Positions 38,033 to 45,519 of a stretch of DNA of 64,000 nucleotides are shown here, piece after piece. The notes beneath the pieces were generated by a model that was not told the DNA's origin, ran no database searches, and saw nothing but the letters and a program-made list of their open reading frames with translations. Source of the DNA: an uncultured Subdoligranulum sp. GTDB taxonomy: Bacteria; Bacillota; Clostridia; Christensenellales; CAG-314. The first letter of the stretch is position 1, and the number at the start of each line of letters is the position of its first letter. The position numbers were made by a program, and so were the translations under genes. The DNA lies in the NCBI GenBank assembly GCA_902496185.1, contig CABUZX010000002.1:40769-104768 (forward strand), written 5' to 3'.

Positions 38033-38210
38033 GTCATTCTGAGGCTTTAGCCGAAGAATCTATGAGATACTTCGCGTTGCTCAGTATGACATTACAACAT
38101 TGTCATTCTGAGACGCGCCACTTGACGAGCTGACGAAGAATCTATGAGATACTTCGCTAACGTTCAGTATGACAACAAGGATGAGATCCTTCGTTGCACT
38201 CAGGATGAAA
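38033..38210. repeat. hairpin-repeat cluster C (5 units, mixed orientation)
   Basis: Units start at 38033, 38064, 38102, 38146 and 38183. The track ORF starting at 38144 is read through them. Confidence 0.85.
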
Positions 38211-38244
38211 AACAAAAAAACAATAAAAAAATTAAAATTCTGAT

Positions 38245-38253
38245 GGGGGGGGG
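38245..38253. repeat. homopolymeric G9 tract upstream of a pilin gene
   Basis: Directly visible (ctgatGGGGGGGGGtaaagag), 35 nt upstream of the ATG at 38288. Confidence 0.95.
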
Positions 38254-38287
38254 TAAAGAGACCTCACTCATCCAAAAGGAGAAAAAA

Positions 38288-38899
38288 ATGAAAAAATTCA
38301 ACAAAAAAGGTTTTACTATTGTAGAACTCGTTATCGTTATTGCTGTTATTGGTATTTTGGCGGGTGTACTTATCCCGACTTTTAGTGGTATCACACAACG
38401 TGCAAACGAAACCGCAGCAATGCAAGAAGCTACCTCTGGTAGAAACGCAATCCTCGCTTTGACCGAAGGTCAAATGCCCGAAAACACAATGTTCTATATC
38501 CTTGACGGAGACAAAGGTCAAGCAGAATATGCTTTTGCATACGTTGACGGCGCAATGAAAGTTCAAGAAAGCGCAACTAAAACTCCTTCAAAATATATGA
38601 ATGAAGAATATTACGTAGTATATTTCTCTTCTGATAAACTTGAAGGACAAGACAACGCTAAAACAATAAATGAAGCATATATGGGCTATATTGCAAAATA
38701 TGTTATGGCAGATTATACGAAAGTTGAGATTAATCAAGAAAAAACTACTGCTGCCCGCAATTATTACGTTATTGAGGTATCCAAGACAACTGGAGAAGGT
38801 GAATCTGCAACTACATCAAAAGTCGAAATTCATGCTTATTTTAGTGGCGACTTGAATGATTCTTTGATCGTTTTCTTGGGCAACAACGTTGTTGCTTAA
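38288..38899 (+). CDS. type IV pilin-like protein (candidate major pilin)
   Basis: MKKFNKKG|FTIVELVIVIAVIGILAGVLIPTF behind AAAAGGAGAAAAAAATG. 203 aa. Its N-terminus is nearly identical to that of the 36219 gene. Confidence 0.8.
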   Translation: MKKFNKKGFTIVELVIVIAVIGILAGVLIPTFSGITQRANETAAMQEATSGRNAILALTEGQMPENTMFYILDGDKGQAEYAFAYVDGAMKVQESATKTPSKYMNEEYYVVYFSSDKLEGQDNAKTINEAYMGYIAKYVMADYTKVEINQEKTTAARNYYVIEVSKTTGEGESATTSKVEIHAYFSGDLNDSLIVFLGNNVVA

Positions 38900-39040
38900 T
38901 CAACAAAATTAAAAAAGGCAAAGTTTTTGCCAAACAAAAACAAACTAAATCAAGACACTCAGGCATCCTTTGGGTGTTTGAGTGTCTTGATTTAACCACA
39001 CCTTGTAATTGAGTATGACAAAAAGAAAAAGGAGGGTAAA

Positions 39041-39565
39041 ATGTCAAACAAAAAGAGAATAAAAAACGGTTTTACCCTTGCGGAGTTGAGTATCGTTATT
39101 GCGTTGATTGCTATTTTGAGCGTATCAATAATAACGTTTACTTCGGCAATACACGCGCACGTGAGTACTTTTAACACGGTGTTGGACGTAGCCGACGACA
39201 TAACGTATTGCAGAAAAATGGTAATAGCGTGGGTTTCGCACTTTGACAATGCGGAGTACGAGATAGAGGTTTTTTATACAGAGATGGTAGCCACGCACGT
39301 AGAGACGGGGAGCAGATACAAGCTGTTTTTACAACAGCAGTTTAACGAAGACGGAGAAGAGACAGAGGGCGTAATGGTTGCGCAGTACGACAACGGGCAA
39401 TCAGGTACTTACGCCACAAACAACGTATTTGGCGTTGGGTTTAGTCAAAGTAATGACAAAAGATTATACAAATGTTTTATTCAATGTAGTTCTGTAGGCG
39501 CGGGCAGTGACACGAGCGCCAGGTATGAAAGGTACGATTTTGTAGTACACAAGAGAGTAGGTTGA
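39041..39565 (+). CDS. prepilin-type minor pilin-like protein
   Basis: KNG|FTLAELSIVIALIAILS N-terminal methylation motif. RBS AAAGGAGGG. Confidence 0.7.
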   Translation: MSNKKRIKNGFTLAELSIVIALIAILSVSIITFTSAIHAHVSTFNTVLDVADDITYCRKMVIAWVSHFDNAEYEIEVFYTEMVATHVETGSRYKLFLQQQFNEDGEETEGVMVAQYDNGQSGTYATNNVFGVGFSQSNDKRLYKCFIQCSSVGAGSDTSARYERYDFVVHKRVG

Positions 39566-39575
39566 GGGGCAGAGC

Positions 39576-39983
39576 ATGCAAAAATCAAGTTACAAATCAC
39601 GGAGATTTTGCAAAGGGTTTTCTATAGTAGAAGTTGTTATTGCAATGGCGGTCATTGCGATAGTTTCTTTTGCGGGGATTTCCGTATTGACTTCTGCCAC
39701 AGGTCACACAAACAAAACGAGATTACAAATGTTGGCAATAAATGACGTTGCCAACCTATGGGAGTGTTTTGAGGCGAGCCAAACGCAAGAGCAATTTGAC
39801 AGTTCGATTGCGTTTAGCGGATTGACTATTGAGTCAAAGGACGGGGGTAGTTACGTAATCAAAAACTCTACTTATATATATCAAATAAACCTTACCGTGG
39901 TTTTTGGGGACGGGCAAAGGTATTTTTATGCAGGGGTTGTAAATTCGGAAACAGGAAAGGTTTTGTACACCTTCCCCCGGTAG
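39576..39983 (+). CDS. prepilin-type minor pilin-like protein
   Basis: CKG|FSIVEVVIAMAVIAIVSF motif. 135 aa. Confidence 0.7.
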   Translation: MQKSSYKSRRFCKGFSIVEVVIAMAVIAIVSFAGISVLTSATGHTNKTRLQMLAINDVANLWECFEASQTQEQFDSSIAFSGLTIESKDGGSYVIKNSTYIYQINLTVVFGDGQRYFYAGVVNSETGKVLYTFPR

Positions 39984-39990
39984 GAGGAGC

Positions 39991-40446
39991 ATGAAAAACT
40001 TTTTTAAATCAAAAAAAGGCGTTGCGGTCGAGATGGCTGTGATTTTTCTTTTGACAGTGTTTTTATTGTGTGGTATCATTGCGATATTATCCTTTATGGT
40101 ATCTTTGCAAGGGTCGGAATTTACAAAGGAGCAAAATCAAAAGTTTGCATTGGACAGGCTGGGAGACGCTTTTATATCGGCAGTAAATAGCGGAGCTATT
40201 ACCAACGACACCGCAAAGGAATTTGTGGCAAAAAAAATGAAAGATTTTGAACTAACGGACGGGTATGATTTTTACGTTGCGGTTAGTAGTGACGGCAACG
40301 CAAGTTTGGTGGTTTTTACGACAAAGACGACGGACAAAATAGAAACTTCGGGTGAAGTTTTGGACGAAGAAGTGGTAATTAAAACGGGTGAAGTTTTAAA
40401 TCTGGTTTTGAAACAAAATCAGGTGGTAAAATGGGTTTACAACTAA
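39991..40446 (+). CDS. pilin-like protein with non-canonical leader (KKG|VAVEMAVIFLL)
   Basis: Basic leader, Gly, Glu at +4/+5 and a hydrophobic helix. RBS AGGAGGAG. Position matches ComGG/PilX-like minor components. Confidence 0.45.
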   Translation: MKNFFKSKKGVAVEMAVIFLLTVFLLCGIIAILSFMVSLQGSEFTKEQNQKFALDRLGDAFISAVNSGAITNDTAKEFVAKKMKDFELTDGYDFYVAVSSDGNASLVVFTTKTTDKIETSGEVLDEEVVIKTGEVLNLVLKQNQVVKWVYN

Positions 40447-40456
40447 AGGTGGCACA

Positions 40457-41704
40457 ATGACGCAGGAATTTTTAACAGTTATTCAAATAAATCCGCTTTC
40501 GCAGTCATTTGATTTTTATTCTATGACGGGCAAAAACAAGGCGACTATTACTTTAGAAAGCAAGCCGTTTAAGACGCGTTTGTTTGACGAGGAGTTTTTT
40601 GAGGTTTTTTCAAAGACTATTGCAAAGTATGCGGAGCGTTATCCGTCGGCTCAAGCGGCGCAAGTGACGTTGGTTTTGCCTGACAAGGCTATCGCGCAGG
40701 ACACTTTCAATATGCCTACAATGAAAAAAGGCGCAATGGACAACAACTTTAAGGCGACCTTTGAGAGCGCTTATAAAAATCACGACGATTTAAAAATGAA
40801 TTCCGTTTTGACTATGCACAACAAGCAGTTTTCGCAATACGCTTTTAGTGTAATACGTAAGGACGTTTTGTCATCTTTATACACGGCGTGTTCTATAAAC
40901 AAATTGACGGCAAAAGTGGTGACTTCGGCAGGGGCGACTACAGTAAACGCTATTTGCAATTTGAGACCAAAGCTCAAAAACGCCTCTTTTTTGTTTTTGG
41001 ACGTAAAGGAAAAATATTCGCGTTTTGTTTTTTGTACAAAGGACAGGGCGGCGGGTTCTTACGTTTTGCCATTTGGTTTTTCTGTCTTGAGCGACCACCG
41101 TATGCCTCAAGAAGATATGCTTTTTGACCACTATATGGCGGAATTGACGGTATTAAACGCAAAGGAAAAAGCCAAGGCAAAGGCGCTTACTTTGGCGAGT
41201 GACGGTGATTTTTCGATAACGGAAAGCGAAATTGGTAATCTTGTAGAGGACGCGGAAGAGGACAACGGCGAAGTAACTGCAGAGTCCGTTGCTTTAGCAA
41301 ACGCCCAAGCGCAACAGCTGGCTCAACAGCAAGCGCAACAGTCAATAAAAGTGTTGCCAAAAAAAGTGGCGAGAAAGTTGCCAAAATTTATGTTGAGGGA
41401 CAATCCGACCGACAAAGACGGGTACGTTTATGAAAATTTCCGCGTATTTGTCAAGTGGGCGTTGACTTTGATTCAGCGCAATCCAAATATCGTTATGCAA
41501 GGCAAGCCGGAGTTTGTCGTAGTAAATTTGCCAGAGCAATACGATTTTGTTTTTGAAATGGTAAACAACGACCAAAAAACAAACAACGGGTTGGAATTTG
41601 TTAATTTTGACGCAAAAGAAGAGCGAAGTGAGTTGATTACGAGTCATTTGGAGTTGTACGGTGGGTTTGTGCAGTCAAAGGCAAATTCCGTCAACGTATT
41701 TTGA
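40457..41704 (+). CDS. hypothetical protein in the PilM position (possibly a divergent actin-like assembly protein)
   Basis: 415 aa. VTLVLPDKAIAQDTFNMP and FLFLDVKEKYSRFVF loosely resemble PilM segments. Q/A-rich linker ANAQAQQLAQQQAQQS. No clear ATP-binding glycine motifs. Confidence 0.35.
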   Translation: MTQEFLTVIQINPLSQSFDFYSMTGKNKATITLESKPFKTRLFDEEFFEVFSKTIAKYAERYPSAQAAQVTLVLPDKAIAQDTFNMPTMKKGAMDNNFKATFESAYKNHDDLKMNSVLTMHNKQFSQYAFSVIRKDVLSSLYTACSINKLTAKVVTSAGATTVNAICNLRPKLKNASFLFLDVKEKYSRFVFCTKDRAAGSYVLPFGFSVLSDHRMPQEDMLFDHYMAELTVLNAKEKAKAKALTLASDGDFSITESEIGNLVEDAEEDNGEVTAESVALANAQAQQLAQQQAQQSIKVLPKKVARKLPKFMLRDNPTDKDGYVYENFRVFVKWALTLIQRNPNIVMQGKPEFVVVNLPEQYDFVFEMVNNDQKTNNGLEFVNFDAKEERSELITSHLELYGGFVQSKANSVNVF

Positions 41705-41710
41705 TTTATT

Positions 41711-42502
41711 ATGAATATTGAAATGATTTTAACCTACGTTTTTGCGGGGCTTTTGGGACTAAGTGTCGGCAGTTTTTTAAACGTGGTGATTTATCGCGTG
41801 CCAAACGGTATGAGTGTGGCTTTTCCGCCGTCGCATTGTCCTAATTGTGATTACAAATTGAAGTGGTACGACAATATCCCCGTTTTGTCCTATTTGATCT
41901 TGGGAGCAAAGTGTCGTAGTTGCAAACAGCCCATTTCCTTTAGGTACACGGCGGTGGAGTTGTTAAACGCCCTATTTTGGCTGGGCGCGGTTTGGCTCTT
42001 TTGGGAGCAAAGCGTAGTTTACGCCATTGTCGTGGCGTTGGCGTCATCCGTACTTGTGTGCATTGCCTTTATCGACCTTGAACATCAGTTGATTTTTGAC
42101 AGGTTTAATCTATCTTTGTTGGTTTTGGCAATAGTTGCTGTTTTTTTTGACAAGCAAATTGTTTGGTACGAGCGTCTAATAGGTTTTGGCGTCGGCGCGG
42201 TGTTTTTTGTCGGCGTGTATTACTTGGCGCAACTTATATTTAAAAAAGAAGCGCTCGGCGGTGGCGACGTAAAGTTGGGCGCGGTTATGGGGCTTTTGCT
42301 CGGTTGGAAAGCTTTTTTGCTTTCTATGTTGGTCGCAACTGTTTTGGCAAGTGTCGTTTTGCTTATTTTGCAAAAAGCGACGCACGGTCAAAAGGGAAAG
42401 GAATATCCCTTTGCGCCTTTTTTGGTGTTGGGCTGTATTGTGGGATTATTTTTTGGTAACGAAATTGTTTCTGCCTACGTTTCGCTGTTGGGCGGAGTTT
42501 AA
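41711..42502 (+). CDS. pilD: prepilin peptidase (A24 family)
   Basis: CPNC...CRSC zinc motif, WYDNIPVLSY, and the two catalytic Asp contexts (AFIDLEH, GGGDVKL). Confidence 0.85.
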   Translation: MNIEMILTYVFAGLLGLSVGSFLNVVIYRVPNGMSVAFPPSHCPNCDYKLKWYDNIPVLSYLILGAKCRSCKQPISFRYTAVELLNALFWLGAVWLFWEQSVVYAIVVALASSVLVCIAFIDLEHQLIFDRFNLSLLVLAIVAVFFDKQIVWYERLIGFGVGAVFFVGVYYLAQLIFKKEALGGGDVKLGAVMGLLLGWKAFLLSMLVATVLASVVLLILQKATHGQKGKEYPFAPFLVLGCIVGLFFGNEIVSAYVSLLGGV

Positions 42503-42512
42503 GAGGTAAAAA

Positions 42513-43724
42513 ATGCGAAAATACAAATATACGGCGATAAATCTTCAAAAGGAAACCTTTAAGGGGACTTTTATTGCAGAAAACGAAAAAGACCTTGCTA
42601 TTCAATTGTCAAAGCAATCGCTTTTTTTGGTATCCTGCGCGCCTTATTCGGAGACTTCGCCGTCTACCTTTTTTTCCGTATCGGGCAAGGTAAACCGATC
42701 GGAATTGACAATTTTTGCCCGTCAATTTGCAATAATGATAAATGCGGGTATATCCATATTGGGCTGTATTGAAATATTAAAATCTCAAAAGTATTCTGCC
42801 ATGCTCAAAAGCATTTTGGAGCGTGTTTACGACGACGTAAAAAGCGGTATGATGCTTTCTGATGCTATCAACAAGCACAAAAAGGTGTTCCCCAACTTTT
42901 TTCGCAGTATGATTAAGGTTGGTGAAAGTAGCGGAAAACTGGAAATGGTTTTGATTTCTCTTGCCGATTATTATGAGACTGATATGAAAATCAAAAAAAA
43001 GGTAAAGAGCGCTTTGTCATATCCTATTTCCTTATCAGTTATGTTGGTGGGTATTATTATACTTATGTTGGCGTTTATCGTACCGACTTTTAGAGATTCG
43101 CTTAAAGACATGGACATTACTCCGTCGGGAATAACTGCAGTCGTTTACAACATAAGTGATTTTGTGCTTGCGCACGGACTAACGGTTTTGGCGGTTATCG
43201 CAGGAATTGTTGCGGTAGTGTTTTTAATTTCAATTACTCCGCAGGGGAAATATTGGTTTGACGTGTTTAAAATAAAGTGCCCCGGCGTTGGAAAAATCAT
43301 TACCGACCTTATTACTGCGCGTTTTGCAAGAGGTTTCGGTTTGCTTTTGTCTAGCGGTATGGATATCGTCGAGGCAATGGAAAATATTTGTATAGTTTTG
43401 GGTAACAGGTACGTAGAAAAACGCTTTAAAAAAGCTATTGACGACGTAAGACACGGTATGACTTTGACTATGGCTTTTACTAATTACAAGTTATTTCCGC
43501 AGATGATGATTCAGATGATTTCCGTCGGTGAAAAAACTGCCGCGTTAGACGACGTTTTGAGTAGGTCTTGCAACTTTTTTGACGAACAAGTTGAAACTAC
43601 TCTTACGTCCATTACTTCTAAAATTCAACCTATTATGTTGGCGGTAATGGGTTTGGTGGTTGGCGTATTGTTTATTGCCGTTTATTCGCCAATGTTGGAA
43701 ATAATGAATAACATTGCAGTATAA
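42513..43724 (+). CDS. pilC: type IV pilus / T2SS platform protein (GspF/PilC family)
   Basis: 403 aa with duplicated T2SSF-type domains (F.RQ...M..AG..I...L; GE.SG.L...L) and 3 TM segments. Confidence 0.85.
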   Translation: MRKYKYTAINLQKETFKGTFIAENEKDLAIQLSKQSLFLVSCAPYSETSPSTFFSVSGKVNRSELTIFARQFAIMINAGISILGCIEILKSQKYSAMLKSILERVYDDVKSGMMLSDAINKHKKVFPNFFRSMIKVGESSGKLEMVLISLADYYETDMKIKKKVKSALSYPISLSVMLVGIIILMLAFIVPTFRDSLKDMDITPSGITAVVYNISDFVLAHGLTVLAVIAGIVAVVFLISITPQGKYWFDVFKIKCPGVGKIITDLITARFARGFGLLLSSGMDIVEAMENICIVLGNRYVEKRFKKAIDDVRHGMTLTMAFTNYKLFPQMMIQMISVGEKTAALDDVLSRSCNFFDEQVETTLTSITSKIQPIMLAVMGLVVGVLFIAVYSPMLEIMNNIAV

Positions 43725-43748
43725 GCAGTCTGGAGGGATTTTGCTTTA

Positions 43749-45443
43749 ATGAATATCAATTATGAATTAATTCAATTTTTTGTTTACAAAAAAATACTCA
43801 AAAGAAATGAAGTGGATAAGATAATAGAAGAATGTACAAAGCTGGATATGCCGGTTGACGAATATCTTATCCTTAAAGAATATTGTACCGAAATTACTGC
43901 GCTGGAGGCTATGGCGGAGTTTTATTGTATGCCCTGCGTGGAATTGGATATGTTGGATATAGACAAAGAGTTGTTGGAAAAATTTTCCTACGAGTTTTTG
44001 AAAAAACAAAAAATAGTGCCCGTTACGCTTGATACCAAAAACAACAAAATGTTGTTGGCGGTGGGGCGTCCTGCCGATTGTAACGCTTTGTCGACTATTG
44101 CCGTTTCTTTCTTTTGCGATTTTGACTTTGTGTTGGTGCCTTCGGTACAAATTGACCGTTATATTGACTCAATCGTTGCCGTTATTTCAACGTCGTTGGC
44201 TTTGAGTGACCTTAACTCGGAAAAAGACAACAAAATGTTTGCCGACGCAAAGAGTCAGATGCAAGTTATTGCCTTTAAGGAAGAGGACGTTATTAATAAC
44301 CCTGCGGTTAGATTGGTGGACTCCATTATTAAGGAAGCTATACCGTACCGCGCCAGCGATATTCATATAGAGCCCTTTGACAAAACCGTAAGAGTTAGAT
44401 ACCGTATCGACGGCGATTTGCAAACGCGCGCGGAATTTCCTATAGAGTCTTATCCCGCAATTTGCGCCCGTTTAAAAATTATGGCGGGCATGAACATTGC
44501 TGAAAGACGTACGCCTCAGGACGGGCGTATCAATCTTATCGTCAGCGGAAAGGAATTTGACTTTCGTGTGTCTTCATTGCCTACCGTTTACGGCGAAAAA
44601 TTCGTTATTCGTATTTTGGACAAGACGTCCTTTAACTTTACGCGTACGGATTTGGGATTTACTGAAGCTTCAAACGCTGTTATTGACAAAATTTTAGCAA
44701 AACCAAACGGTATCGTATTGTTGACGGGGCCGACTGGCTCGGGTAAATCAACGACTTTGTACGCCTTTTTGAAGGAAGTTAACAATAATTCTGTAAATAT
44801 CGTGACGGTAGAAGACCCTGTAGAATATACTATGAGCGGTATCAACCAAACGCAAGTAAATGTCAAAGCCAATATGACGTTTGCAAGCGCCTTGCGTTCT
44901 ATTTTGCGTCAGGACCCGGATATAATTATGATTGGTGAAATTCGTGACGAAGAAACAGCTCAAATTGCCGTCCGCGCGGCTATTACTGGACACTTGGTAT
45001 TTAGCACTTTGCACACTAACGACGCTCCTGGCGCCGTTACCCGTCTTGAAGATATGGGTGTTGCAGATTATCTCATTGCGGACGCACTTGTTGGCGTTAT
45101 TGCGCAACGTCTCGTTAAGCGTCTTTGTCCTGCCTGCAAAAAGAAAGGCAAGACAACCGCAAAAGAAATGGAAATTTTGGGTATTGCAGAACCCGTAACC
45201 ATTGCAAGACCGAGAGGTTGTCAATTTTGTAACAATACCGGCTACAAAGGTCGTATTGCCGTACACGAGATTATGCACGTTAATGAAGAGCTTCGCAATG
45301 CTATAGCGAGAGAAAAGTCTGTTGACAAAATGCGTGAACTTGCGCGTAACAACGGAATGGTCCCGTTGTGGAACACCTGTCGTGACTACGTTTTGAAGGG
45401 CGTTACCAGTATTCAAGAATTGATGACGCTGGATATGAATTGA
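43749..45443 (+). CDS. pilB: type IV pilus assembly ATPase (GspE/PilB family)
   Basis: Walker A GPTGSGKSTT, Asp box, Walker B IIMIGEIRD, His box TGHLVFSTLHTN and tetracysteine CPAC...CQFC. Confidence 0.9.
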   Translation: MNINYELIQFFVYKKILKRNEVDKIIEECTKLDMPVDEYLILKEYCTEITALEAMAEFYCMPCVELDMLDIDKELLEKFSYEFLKKQKIVPVTLDTKNNKMLLAVGRPADCNALSTIAVSFFCDFDFVLVPSVQIDRYIDSIVAVISTSLALSDLNSEKDNKMFADAKSQMQVIAFKEEDVINNPAVRLVDSIIKEAIPYRASDIHIEPFDKTVRVRYRIDGDLQTRAEFPIESYPAICARLKIMAGMNIAERRTPQDGRINLIVSGKEFDFRVSSLPTVYGEKFVIRILDKTSFNFTRTDLGFTEASNAVIDKILAKPNGIVLLTGPTGSGKSTTLYAFLKEVNNNSVNIVTVEDPVEYTMSGINQTQVNVKANMTFASALRSILRQDPDIIMIGEIRDEETAQIAVRAAITGHLVFSTLHTNDAPGAVTRLEDMGVADYLIADALVGVIAQRLVKRLCPACKKKGKTTAKEMEILGIAEPVTIARPRGCQFCNNTGYKGRIAVHEIMHVNEELRNAIAREKSVDKMRELARNNGMVPLWNTCRDYVLKGVTSIQELMTLDMN

Positions 45444-45519
45444 CAAAACGATTGAGACGTTTTTTAGCTTTGGAGACTTAAACGTTTAAAACTATTAAAA
45501 CACAAAAAGGAGAAATTCT

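Noticed and set aside
38144-38287. N-terminal 48 codons of the track ORF 38144..38899
   Set aside because: This extension runs through repeat cluster C and the G9 tract. The true start is the ATG at 38288, with an AAAAGGAGAAAAAAATG RBS and a canonical prepilin leader.
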